A DNA stretch of 64,000 nucleotides, from NCBI GenBank assembly GCA_951406725.2, contig OX597820.1:57040001-57104000 (forward strand). Reading direction: 5' to 3'. The first letter of the stretch is position 1. The number at the start of each line of letters is the position of its first letter. Source of the DNA: Octopus vulgaris. Lineage: Eukaryota. The notes under the pieces are model-generated. The model was not told where the DNA came from and did no database searches. It worked only from the letters and a program-made list of their open reading frames with translations. Both the position numbers and the translations under genes were made by a program. Positions 11,191-23,782 of this stretch are shown here, piece after piece.

Positions 11191-12319
11191 ATTCAGATAC
11201 ATAATATACAGATCAACATAATTCCTCTGTGCATTGACCCATAAATCTTATTCAGTCTTTGTGCACCAGACACAGCTGTTTGTTCCCTGTATTTTATTCC
11301 CATACTTAGCACCGTTATGGTTGTTGCTGACGACGTCGATGGTTGTTGCTGACGATGTCGTCCATCGTTATGTTGTAGTGTGATTGATGGTGGCGATGGC
11401 AGAACATCGTGATGGCTGTCGGTAATGGTCAAAACAGTGATTGTCATAACAGCAATGTTAGTAATGATTGTGGAAGCTTTATTGGCGGATACGGTTGATG
11501 CTGATGGCTAAAGCGGTGGTTGTGGTGGTGGAGATGTGATGATCTGTGGTGGTTGTGGTGGTGGTGGTAGAAATGTTGGGTGGTTGTGATAATTGTGATA
11601 AATGATTTGGAGGTGATGTTTGCAGTTGTGGCGGTAGTATATAATGTTTATGCAGCAGTGCTAGTGAAGGGTTTCCCTGGTGATGGTGATAGTAATAATG
11701 GTGGTGATTAGGGTGGAGGCAGTGATTGTCGTAGTACTAAGGGGTGTTGTACCAGTACTGAAGACAGCAGCAGTGGTGGTGATGATGATTGTAATACTAC
11801 AAAGGGATGTTGTACTAGTACAGAGGGTGGTGGTGGTGGAAATGGTAACAGTAATGGCATTGTTGATGGTGGCATTGTAGCTTTAACCATCACTACTTCC
11901 AACACCATTTCTACCACCACCACCACCACCACCACAGATCATCACACCTCCACCCCCACCAGTCCTCAGTCAAATCGTCCAACGCATGCTAGCATGGAAA
12001 GCGTACGCTAACCGATGATTATGATGATGATGATGATGATACATTAATGCATGCATTCACATAGAGAAACTTAATTTATACAGATACAATTTAGGTGTAT
12101 TCACACAGGCATGCAAATAACTAGGTTTCCACATAAGCACACTGACACTGAAATACTAATATGCAGTTTATCTCTCTCACCCCACTCTCTCTCTCTCTCT
12201 CTCAATATATATATATATATATATATACATACACACACATACACATATATATGTATATGTATATATATGTGTATATACATATACACATATATATACATAT
12301 ACATATATATATAAATATG

Positions 12320-12389
<70 letters not shown>

Positions 12390-12399
12390 CATACATACA

Positions 12400-13308
12400 T
12401 CATCATCATCATCATCATCATTTAACGTCCGCTTTCCATGCTAGCATGGGTTGGACGGTTCAACTGGGGTCTGGGGAGCCCGAAGGCTGCACCAGGCCAG
12501 TCAGATCTGGCAGTGTTTCTACAGCTGGATGCCCTTCCTAACGCCAACCACTCCGAGAGTGTAGTGGGTGATTTTATGTGCCACCGACACAGGTGCCAGA
12601 CGAGGCTGGCGAACGACCATGCTCGGATGGTGTTTTTATGTGCCACCGACACAGGTGCCAGACGAGGCTGGCGAACGGCCACGCTCGGATGGTGTTTTTA
12701 TGTGCCACCGACACAGGTGCCAGACGAGGCTGACGAACGGCCACGATCGGATGGTGTTTCTTACGTGCCCACAGCACGGAGGCCAGTCGATGCGGTACTG
12801 GCTACGGCCACGTTCGGATGGTTTTCTTGTGTGCCACCGGCACTGGTACCACAAAGATACAAATTCCATTGATGTTCATCTATTTTGATTTGATTTGATT
12901 TGATTTTCACTTGCCTCAACAGGTCTTCACAAGTGTCACAAGAAGGAAGGAAGGTATGCACAGGTGAACTGACAACGTCCCAGGTAGGGGCCACGGGTTA
13001 TGGCCTGACTAGTCTTGCCGGGTCTTCGGATGATGTTTTTATGTGTCTCCGCCACAGGTGCCAGATGGATGGTGTTCGTTACGTGCCCACAGCACGGAGG
13101 CCAGTCGATGCGGTACTGGCTATTTTCTTGTGTGCCACCGGCACTGGTACCACAAAGATACAAATTCCATTGATGTTCATCTATTTTGATTTGATTTGAT
13201 TTGATTTGATCACTTGTCTCAACAGGTCTTCACAAGTGTCACAAGAAGGAAGGTATGCACAGGTGGACTGACTACGTCCCAAGTAGAGGCCACGGGTTAT
13301 GGCCTGAC
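12400..13308 (-). mobile_element. RTE 3' UTR (family C) with internal 62-bp tandem units and an internal duplication
   Basis: Units start at 12567, 12629, 12691 and 12753; the block at about 12750-13010 is repeated at about 13068-13308. Confidence 0.85.
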
Positions 13309-13418
13309 TATACAATATATACATATATATGCACAATACACACATTATCTCACTATAAGTGGGTGTTTACATGTACATAATTTAACAGTATTATTAGTTT
13401 TTATGCATTTATGTACCA

Positions 13419-13457
<39 letters not shown>

Positions 13458-13899
13458 TAATGTCATACAAAACAGTATAGAGTAAGATAAATTCAAATTG
13501 TGTTTAACATGTTTGAGTGTATTTGAATGTGATAAAATCTTTCACTGTGGAGGGAGTCATGGCAGAAAATTCTCCATCTCAATATGTGTGGAAACCTATT
13601 TTTGACAGAGTTGTGAATGATGTTATTAGATTGTAGGACATATTTTTTGCATCATTCTGCTTCAATAGTTTCATTACTGACGAAACCTAAATCTGGTACT
13701 CACAACTCTTATTGACCTATGAGTAATGGGTTTTGCTTTTGTTGCTGATACACCTGAACAACACAGAAATGCATCCATCTTACAATCTAGTGACATTGTT
13801 CACACATGTCTAGATTCATAATTTTCTTTCCAAGTCTATCTCTCCAATGAAAGATCATATCACATTTGAATACACTTGAATGGGTATTCAAAGATCTTT

Positions 13900-15330
13900 C
13901 TCCACTACCTACCCCATCTAACGAATCTTTCTTCAGTAGCTCTTTATCAAGATTTGTATTATATAGTCTACCAATTGTCCAATAGCTTTGTCCCCCCACC
14001 CAACCGCCTTCTATCAAATCTTCATTTACTATGCATTCTTTCAGCAGTTCTCTCTTACTAAATCTCCCTCTAGCAGAACTTTCACTCAAAAATCTTCCTC
14101 TACCAGAAAATTCCTTCAGTAGTCTATTTTTTACCAAATCTTCCTCTACTAAATATTCCTCCTGTCATCTTCTGCTATCAAATTCTCTTCCTGTAGACCA
14201 TTCTCTAAAAGATATTTCTTCTTTATATCTTTCAACGAAATCTTTCACAACTGATTCCAACATCTACTCTCTCTAGGTAGGTCTAAACCATTCCATACTA
14301 CATCTCTAACTTAATTCTTCTCTTCCAGACTTTCTTCCAACAATTCTTCATTCACCTCATCTTCTTTCTCCAGATTTTTCTACAACAGATCATTCAACTC
14401 ATAGTTTCTTTCTCAAGTTCTTTATTCATTCAACTCTCTCTCATCATACTCTTCTTCAAATTTTCTTTCACCGTATCTCCCTCCAGCAGATCTCACTCTA
14501 TCAGATCATTCTCAACAAGAAACCTTTTCACCTTCTGCTCCTTTTCCAGATATTCTTCCACTTGACACTCCTCCCCACCATTAATTTTTCTTCTGTTAAA
14601 CATTCTTTCACTAGCTGCCCTTCGACCAGATCTTTCTCAAACAGAACTTCTAAACCTCACCATTTACTACCAGATCTTTTTCTACCAAAAATTACCCAGC
14701 TAGATCCTTTTCCATTAGACTTTACATTGGCAAATTTTCCTTTTAGCACCCAGGGCAAAATGCTTTGCAGAATTTCATCCGTCTTTACATTCTGAGTTCA
14801 AATTCCACTGAAGTTGACTTTACCTTTCATCCTTCCAGGCTTGATAAAATAAGTTTTATTTCTTTATTGCCCACAAGAGGCTAAACACAGAGGGGACAAA
14901 CAAGGATAGACAAAGGGATTAAGTTGATTACATCGACCCCAGTGTGTAACTGGTACTTGATTTAGCGACCCTGAAAGGATGAAAGGCAAAGTCAACCTCG
15001 GCGGAATTTGAACTCAGAACGTAACAGCAGATGAAATACTACTAAGCATAAGTACCTGTTGAACACTGGTGGATGATGTAATCAACTTTTCCTCTCTGCT
15101 GAAATTGCTGGCTTTGTACCAAAATTTAAAACCAATATCTTCTTTCACTAGTTGTTCTGCTTCTAGATCTTCCTCCACCAGAGTTTGCTTCACAATAATT
15201 TCTATTCTCCAAACTTCAATCATTAGATGTGACCTTTCGAACATCACCTGACATTTCCTTTTAAAGAACTTCTATGAAAAGCAAACCTTTCCTTCTATAA
15301 AACCTCGCTCTCCTCTCTCTAGAGAACTTT
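13900..15330. repeat. Degenerate 15-bp-period pyrimidine-rich minisatellite, interrupted by nested SINEs
   Basis: Units like aatcttcctctacca at 14061, 14076, 14091, 14137, 14152, 14166, 14181, 14196 and 14211. Confidence 0.65.
14745..15135. mobile_element. SINE family A (+) with an inverted family A copy (14857-15045) inserted in it
   Basis: The + copy is broken at gataaaataagt and resumes at ataagtacctg (about 15048). Confidence 0.75.
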
Positions 15331-15508
15331 CCAGAAGCATATAAGTGTTTTAAAGAAACTCAATCTAATAACCTTTCTTTCTAATGCTGCGTGTTCCAAA
15401 CACTTTAAAATCCCTCATTTCCTAAAACATAGTGTAAATGTGTGCATACATGCATGTATATAAATATGTGTGCATGTGCACGTGTTTGTATATGTGTATA
15501 TATATGTA

Positions 15509-15556
<48 letters not shown>

Positions 15557-16088
15557 CCGGTGCATGATAGAAATATGTAATATGTATTTTTTTTGGCCTG
15601 TATATATCTAAGTGTGTGGGTATAAATATATGTGTGATTGTGTATACAATATGTGGTTGTGTATGTGTGTGTGTATATGTGAATATATGCCATTTTGTAA
15701 GCGTGTTAATTTTAATATGTATACATTTCCATGAATAAGTATGTGCGTATTTCCATGCATGAGTCTGAGTTTAAAAGTCACTGTCTAAAAGTTGTGTGTG
15801 CATATGTGTGTATGTATATGATTGAATGTGTGTCTGTATGTCTATGTTTGTGTGTGTATATATATGCATATCAACACAAATGTGTTTGAGTGGTAGTTCA
15901 GTCTATTGTGTATGCGTTGTTATTGCTCAGTGTATTATTATGTGTGCATGTTTGTAAGTGTGCATATGTGTGTGTGTATGATCATCTAAATTCTAAATAT
16001 ACAGTGTGTGTTTGTCTTTATGCAAGGCTGTCTAACCATGTATGTGAATGTGTGTACATATTTATATGTGTATGTACGTACGTATGTA

Positions 16089-16177
<89 letters not shown>

Positions 16178-16181
<4 letters not shown>

Positions 16182-16727
16182 CGAAATCGAAATCGAACTG
16201 AACCAGCCAGGATCCCTGGTCTGGTGGTACGTAAAAAGCACTATCCGACTCATGGCCGATACCAGCGCCGCCTCCACTGGCTTCCGTGCCAGTGGCACGT
16301 AAAATACACCAATCCAACCGTACGACAGGCACCCATGCCAACCCCTTTTGCTTGCGAAGACATGTTGGGGCAAGCGAAATCGAAATCGAATTGAACCAGC
16401 CAGGATCCCTGGTCTGGTGGTAGGTAAAAAGCACTATCCGACTCGTGGCCGATGCCAGCGCCGCCTCGACTGGCTTCCGTGCCGGTGGCACATAAAATAC
16501 ACCAATCCGACCGTGGCCGTTGCCAGCCTTGCCTGGCACCTGTGCAGGTGGCACGTAAAGCACCCACTACACTCACGGAGTGGTTGGCGTTAGGAAGGGC
16601 ATCCAGCTGTAGAAACATTGCCAGATAAGACTGGAGCCTGGTGCAGCCTTCTGGCTTCCCAGATCCCCGGTCGAACCGTCTAACCCATGCTAGCATGGAG
16701 AACGGACGTTAAACGATGATGATGATG
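16178..16727 (+). mobile_element. RTE 3' UTR (family C) with internal duplication and (GAT)n tail
   Basis: aagcgaaatcgaaatcgaa...atccctggtctggtgg occurs twice; tail ggacgttaaacgatgatgatg. Confidence 0.85.
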
Positions 16728-16846
16728 ATATATATATATGTACATATATATGTACATATATATGCATGTACATATGTATATACATATGTACGTATATATA
16801 TATACATATATATATATGTACATATGTATATACATATATGTATGTA

Positions 16847-16898
<52 letters not shown>

Positions 16899-17600
16899 GT
16901 ATGAGTGTGTATGTATGAATGTTTATATATATATACACGCACACTCATATATACATGCATATTTGTATATTTATGTGTGTATATATATATGTGTGTGTGT
17001 ATATATGTGTGTACATATTTGTGTGTGTATGTATGTATACACACACACATATACGTGTAAATATATATGTATGTACATATATTTATGTGTGTATGTATGT
17101 ATATATATATGTATATATATATATACACATGTACATATATTCATGTATATATGTACTTTTGTATATGTATACACACACACATGCACACACACACACACAC
17201 ACAAATACACACACACACACAAGCATATATACACATGCATACATGATGGGCTTGGAAACTAGTGATGGTAGGTGACAAACAGGAAGGGCATCCAGCCATA
17301 GAAGAATCTGTCTCAATAAGTTCCGTCTGACTTAGGCAAGCATGGAAAAGTGAATGTTAATGATGAGGACATCATATACACATGGTTCTGTAACTGTCTG
17401 CGTATACATGTGTCCTCTTGTCTGCATTTACATTAGTCTTTGTGAATATATTTCTTGAAATTGCCTATAAATGTATATTCCTACATGCCTGAAAGTTACT
17501 GTGCATTCTACATGGTATGTTTGTGTGAGACTGTGGTATGTACATATGCAAGTATGATTGCCTGTATGCATGTCTGTGTGCATGTATGTATGTATGTATG

Positions 17601-17634
<34 letters not shown>

Positions 17635-18023
17635 TGTATGTATGTATGTGTGTATGTATGTGTGTATATATGTATGTATGTATATATGTGTGTATGCATG
17701 TATGTATGCATACCTGTGTTTGTGTTTGTCTGAGTGGCTTGATGAAGTTCAAGGTAACTAAGTAAATTGGCTAAAGATATTCGGTCAATAGATTTTCGAT
17801 GTGCCCATGTTTATAGAGGCTGTGTATAGTAGTATAAGTAGAGAGACATGTAACTGGGTGTTTGTGTTGTTGAACTTTTGTTTTACACACACACACACAC
17901 ACACATGTAGCTATTCTCATGTATATATATGTGCATATATATATCTATATATACACACACATACATACATATATATATATATATATGTGTGTGTGTATAT
18001 GTATATATATGTGTGTGTGTATA

Positions 18024-18075
<52 letters not shown>

Positions 18076-18129
18076 TATATATATATGTATGTATATATGT
18101 ACGTATATATATATATATATGTGTATATA

Positions 18130-18209
<80 letters not shown>

Positions 18210-18210
18210 T
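16728..18210. repeat. (TA)/(TG)/(TATG) microsatellite field
   Basis: Direct reading. Confidence 0.9.
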
Positions 18211-18526
18211 GCACGCATAGGATATATCATGTGTGTACAAATAGATGTACAATTGTCGCTGTTATGTTTAGAGTTCTGTGTACTGTAGATTATCATAATC
18301 CAGTCTGCTTTCTGTAGAGTTATTAAGTAACTATTAAGCTGAGTAGTAAGACTAGTTATGAAATACTGAGAATATACATATACACTGCCCCAGTATGGCC
18401 ACAATCAAATGACTGAAAGAAGAAATACATTCATACATATACACTCAGACATATATATATATATAAACTTAGACTTAGATATGTTTCAACCAAAGATTGG
18501 TCCAAGCCATGTCTAATTTAATAGCA

Positions 18527-18660
18527 TTACCTGATAGGATTATCTAAATCCTGTTTAAGGCAAGTTTTGCTTATGGTCCATTCAAGTAGTGAGTTCTTTT
18601 TGGGTGAGTTGTATCCAACTATGGGTGGCTTATCCGGTATTCCTTGAAGAAAGTTAATAT
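18527..18660 (-). mobile_element. Penelope-like RT C-terminal remnant
   Basis: NFLQGIPDKPPIVGYNSPKKNSLL resembles the PLE post-thumb motif PP.V.YRRPKNL. Confidence 0.45.
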
Positions 18661-18973
18661 ACATACAAATGTGTATGTATATTATATAGAGGGCATTACT
18701 ATACATAAATGCCACATGCTAGGAGGGACTCTTAAAGTCAAAACTACCAAAATAAATAAACACATCGTGTATATATATATATATACACACACACTCCCTG
18801 ATCGAAAACTGCAGTTCCTGCAGGATTACTCGTAACACACGTGGGTAATTGAGGGTAAATACATTCTCATTTGGCTGTATATTTTTGGAAGTGCTGGTTA
18901 AATATAACTTATGCAATGATGCTTGATCGTATACATATTTAATTCTTGCACTTTTAAATTTATATTTGAAATG

Positions 18974-19034
18974 CTACACTGATGAGGTGAAATAAGTAAG
19001 TAAATATAATTTTAATCCTGAAACACGTATGTGG
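18974..19034 (+). ncRNA. Type I hammerhead ribozyme-like motif (PLE-type)
   Basis: ctaca-CTGATGA-gg...cct-GAAAC-ac-GTA-tgtgg; stem I ctaca/tgtgg. Confidence 0.55.
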
Positions 19035-20017
19035 TTAATCATTGTCCATTCCCTCTTCTATTATCCCTTAGTTAAGGGCCGCTTGAGACCCTTAACCTTG
19101 CAAGTTATGACATGATCTTAATCAGTACTAGTGCTTATGACAGTAAGCTGGCAGAATGATTAGCATGTCAGGTAAAATGGTTAGCAGCACTTCCGAGTTC
19201 AAATTCCACCAAGGTCAACCTTATGTTTCATCCTTTTGGGATCGATAAAAATAACAATCAGTTGAGCACCGGGGTTGATGTAATTGACTTAACTTCACCC
19301 CACCCACCAAAATTGCTGGCCTTGTGCCAAACTTTGAAGTCAACTAGTGCTGGTGCCATGAAGACAAAGCACCCAGTACAGTCTGTGATATAGTTTGGAA
19401 AGGCATCAAGCTGTAAAAACCAAGCCAAAGTAGACATTAGAGAGTGATACAGCTCTCCGGCTCATCAGATCTTGTCTCACATGCCTGGCTCTCCATTGAC
19501 TTCAACGATGAGGGCTCCAGTTGATTTGATCAACAGGACAGCCTTCTTGTGAAATTAATGTGCAAGTGGCTGAACACTCTACAGACGTGCATGCCTTAAC
19601 ATAATTCTCAGGGAGATTTAGTGTGACAGAGAAAGTGACAAGACTGGCTCTTTCTAAATTACAAATACAACTAATTTTTGATGGCTGAGTGCACTGGAGT
19701 GACATGAAATGAAGTGTCTTGCTCAAGGACATGACACACTGCAGACTGGAGCCTGGTGCAGCCATCTGGTTGCCAGCCCTCAGTCAAAACCGTCCAACCC
19801 ATGCTAGCATGGAAAACGGACGTTAAATGATGATGATGATGATGTATATATATATACACATATACACACACACATATACATATACACATATATATGTATG
19901 TATGTGTGTGTATATACAGATATATATATATGCATATATATATATAGGAATTGAACTTTTAACCTTACAATTGCGAGCCTAGTACACTAACCGCTAAACC
20001 ACTCATCTTCACACATA

Positions 20018-20229
20018 GAGGGTGGACCAAAAGTAGGTTTACAATTATTCAACTATCTCCTTCACATTCATGTATTAACAGTTTAGATCTTAATTATATA
20101 AAAATATGAAACCATTATTCTATACTAATTTAGTTTATTGTAAGATAGAAATTTAAATGTAATAAAATGTTTTAAAAGAAATTTTAAGTGCCTACGTGAT
20201 AACTGCAAATCTACTTTTGGGCCACCCAG
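20018..20229. mobile_element. Tc1/mariner-derived MITE
   Basis: TIRs gggtggaccaaaagtaggtttaca / tgcaaatctacttttgggccaccc, TA flanks. Confidence 0.8.
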
Positions 20230-20399
20230 TACACATATGCATACACATACACACCCATAGGCACTCATACACACACATACACACACACATGCTTGTATGT
20301 ATCATAGAAACCGAAATTTCTCTTTATCATCATTTTGAGTTTTCTGTCTCCATTTTTGACATATTTTCACTGGTTTTACTTGTTGTTTGCAAATATTAC

Positions 20400-20413
20400 T
20401 CTGCATATATCTG

Positions 20414-20506
<93 letters not shown>

Positions 20507-20813
20507 ATGGTGTGTGTCTACATATGCATGTCATGCACAAACATACATATATAAATATATATCTGTATGTGTGATGTGTTTATGTGATGTGTGTACAAAC
20601 ATGCATACACACACACACACACACACATATACATGCATAAATATACACGTCTATACATATATTTACACACACACACATATAAATATATATACACACACAC
20701 ACATATACATACATATATATATATATATACACATACATACATAATATATACATACACATGTGTGAATGTGTTTGCATGTGTGTGTGTATGCGTGTGCATG
20801 TGTGTATGTGTGT

Positions 20814-20898
<85 letters not shown>

Positions 20899-20900
20899 AT
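20400..20900. repeat. (TA)n/(TG)n microsatellites
   Basis: Direct reading. Confidence 0.95.
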
Positions 20901-21441
20901 ATCATATATCTTGAATGTAGATACATAAGAAAGAGTATGAATGTCTGAACTGATACAGAAACATATCACCTCAGCTGTCTCAACCGAAACAATTGCTTTT
21001 TGTTATCTGCACTCCATGCTCCCCCGCCACCACCACCACCACCACCACCACCACCTCTACCACCGCCACCACCACCTCTACCATCGCCACCACCACCACC
21101 ACCTCTGTCGTAATGACGTAAGTTGTTTTGTACAGTGAAACCCCTTTAGTGTGTTGACATTTGTGGTTATCTGCATATCTACACTGAACTGACAATCTCT
21201 GACAATCTTACGATGAGATTCCAGTCAATTTCGGAAGATATTCACTGAATTCTAACACTCATCTATATGGACAAGAATATAAGCAGCACATGTGACATTC
21301 TCTCTGGTGGCCTCACCTGCCGAAAATAGCAAAGAAATACTGTGAAATCACACCTGACTATTTAAAAAATACCGTATTTTAATATGTATAAGGAATCCCC
21401 TAATTTTGGGGGTTTAAAATTTGGAAACAAGGTTTTGTAAG

Positions 21442-21639
21442 TTCTATATTTAAAAGGTGAGTTATGTACATTATTTACATTATTTACATTTGATGCCATA
21501 TGCCCGTGGGTATATGGTGTAGTTGTAAAGAGCGTGGGCTACTAACCCCAAGATTCCGAGTTCGATTCCAGGCAGTGACCTGAATAATAACAATAATGAT
21601 AATGATAATAATAATATAGTAATAATAATAATAATAATG

Positions 21640-21684
<45 letters not shown>

Positions 21685-21829
21685 GCATTGAAAAATACCT
21701 TAGGAATGAGAACCGAGGTTTGAAATGTTTTTAAGACACCTGATGAAGGCTGGAGGGTATATCAGCCGAAATGTGTTAACAGCAAACAAGATGAGGACAA
21801 ATATCAAATGTAAATAATGTAAATAATGT
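21442..21829 (+). mobile_element. Family D: tRNA-headed, hammerhead-bearing foldback element (left arm internally deleted)
   Basis: 13-bp TSD aaggttttgtaag (21429-21441 / 21830-21842); tRNA-like head 21508-21580; (AAT)n; CTGATGA at 21740-21746. Confidence 0.8.
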
Positions 21830-21874
21830 AAGGTTTTGTAAGGGATTATGATACTATCCATGTATAAGAAACTC

Positions 21875-22048
21875 TGGAAGCCATCTACTCGCAATACCAG
21901 AGGGCGCACACTCTCCTACCCTGATGTAATCTCCAGGGATACAGTCATCCAGCAACAGGACCTCCGTAATGCCATGATGGACCGTGAAGTCTGGCGTAGC
22001 ATGGTAAATTCCATTGTCTCGACCACGGTCGAACAATGATGATGAATG
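21875..22048 (+). mobile_element. 5'-truncated RTE-clade LINE end
   Basis: WKPSTRNTRGRTLSYPDVISRDT...DLRNAMMDREVWRSMV; (TGA)n tail; 11-bp TSD ataagaaactc (21864-21874 / 22049-22059). Confidence 0.8.
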
Positions 22049-22572
22049 ATAAGAAACTCCCATACCTTTTTAGCCTAATTTTTGACAAAAAAAGGTCCCT
22101 TATACACTTTAAAATATGGTAAATCACATTGGATGAGGTAGTCTTAGATAACAAGAAACATGTTAGACAGAAGTGGAATGCTCCTGATAAGGATTTGCTG
22201 GGTGTAGATGAGGTCCAGGGTGCTTCTAGCTAAAAGCTCATCAAGGTACTTATTTTCATTATTTTTTTTTTGAATGAAAGGAAATATATTGTGGGAAAGA
22301 TTGGGTTGGCATTTGGTTAGAGAGTAGAGATTGCAAGGTTCTGAGGAGAATGGAGTGGGAGGTGAATGGCGAAGAGGCCAGAGGAGTGGCCTATAGGAAC
22401 CATGCCAAAGCCAACACTGGAGCCGAATGTTGTCCTTGGATCCGTCAGATCCTATCAAACTGTCCAGCCCATGTCAGTATGGAACATGAATGTTAAATGA
22501 TGATTAAGTTGATTAGCAGATGATGTTGAGTGGAGACAGCGGATAGCCATCTAGGAGAATGATTCAGAGCTG

Positions 22573-23152
22573 ATCACATGTTTCAACTTAACTGTACCAT
22601 ATATACAAAAACTATACCATTTAAATCCTAAGCAATGCCAGGTATGTCTGCTAAAGAATAAAGGCGGCGAGCTGGCAGAAACGTTAGCACGCCGGGCGAA
22701 ATGCGTAGCCGTATTTCGTCTGTCGTTACGTTCTGAGTTCAAATTCCGCCGAGGTCGACTTTGCCTTTCATCCTTTCGGGGTCGATAAATTAAGTACCAG
22801 TTACGCACTGGAGTCGATGTAATCGACTTAATACCTATGTCTGTCCTAGTTTGTCCCCTCTGTTTAGCCCCTTGTGGGTAATAAAGAAATAGGTATTTTG
22901 TCTGCCGTTATGTTCTGAGTTCAAATTCCGCCGAGGTCGACTTTGCCTTTCATCTCTTCGGGGTCGATAAATTAAGTACCAGTTACGCACTGGGGTCGAT
23001 GTAATCGACTTAATACCTATGTCTGTCCTTGTTTGTCCCCTCTGTGTTTAGCCCCTTGTGGGTAATAAAGAAATAGGTATGTCTGCTAGTTACCTCTAAA
23101 ACCAATGGCACAACAGAAGTTAAGATGGTCAGAAACCAGTTGCACTTTAAGC

Positions 23153-23207
<55 letters not shown>

Positions 23208-23263
23208 GAGACAGACAGACAGATAGACAGACATCATAAGCTTCTATCCAGTTTCTGAATTGT
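22573..23263 (+). repeat. Local duplication copy 1 (copy 2 at 25282-25645)
   Basis: atcacatgtttcaacttaactgtaccatatatacaaaaacta...cataagcttctatccagtttctgaattgt is shared. Confidence 0.9.
22654..23074 (+). mobile_element. SINE family A dimer, young
   Basis: CpG-rich; second unit starts at about 22892; 14-bp TSD aggtatgtctgcta (22640-22653 / 23075-23088). Confidence 0.9.
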
Positions 23264-23746
23264 ATGGAAGCAATGCATACAGTAATTTAACATCCAGGAA
23301 TGTCCTGCAGGTAAAAAGAGTACAAGCTGAAGAAATTTCGGACATGCTTGTTGTCTTTAACGTACTTTGGTAGAACAGGCGGGTGGGGGGGATTTGGAGG
23401 TGGGGGGTGCAGAGGTAACAGGAAGCTAGTTATATTCAGATTTGATGGCCAAAAATATTGCATTACAAAATCATCATTTACAAAATGCAGATAATGTAGA
23501 CAACCTCAAAAAGCAGTGACCTGTGCTTGTACATAACAGCATCAAGATATTCAAATTTGTCTGACAACTAAACTAAAGTGTATTACACTAAGCTGTCTGC
23601 AGTAGTGGCTGCAGTAGTAGTAGTGGTGGTGATGGTGGTGGTAATAGTAGTAGTAGTTATAAATAAATAAAGAAGCACTATATATAATGGTGATTATATT
23701 ATTTTGCATTTCCTAAACAATATGGCTTCAACCTTTTCTGATACAT

Positions 23747-23779
<33 letters not shown>

Positions 23780-23782
<3 letters not shown>

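Larger units (their letters stand above)
21372..22119. mobile_element. pogo/Tigger-like MITE hosting two nested insertions
   Basis: TIRs ccgtattttaatatgtataagg / ccttatacactttaaaatatgg with TA flanks. Confidence 0.75.

Noticed and set aside
10563-11244. Long YI/HT/CV-rich ORFs (also at 16-18 kb, 20 kb, 25-26 kb and 60 kb)
   Set aside because: They are translations of dinucleotide microsatellites that lack stop codons by composition.
12567-12845. CRISPR-like regularly spaced palindromic repeats
   Set aside because: The spacers are homologous to each other, the array lies within an RTE 3' UTR, the context is eukaryotic and there are no cas genes.
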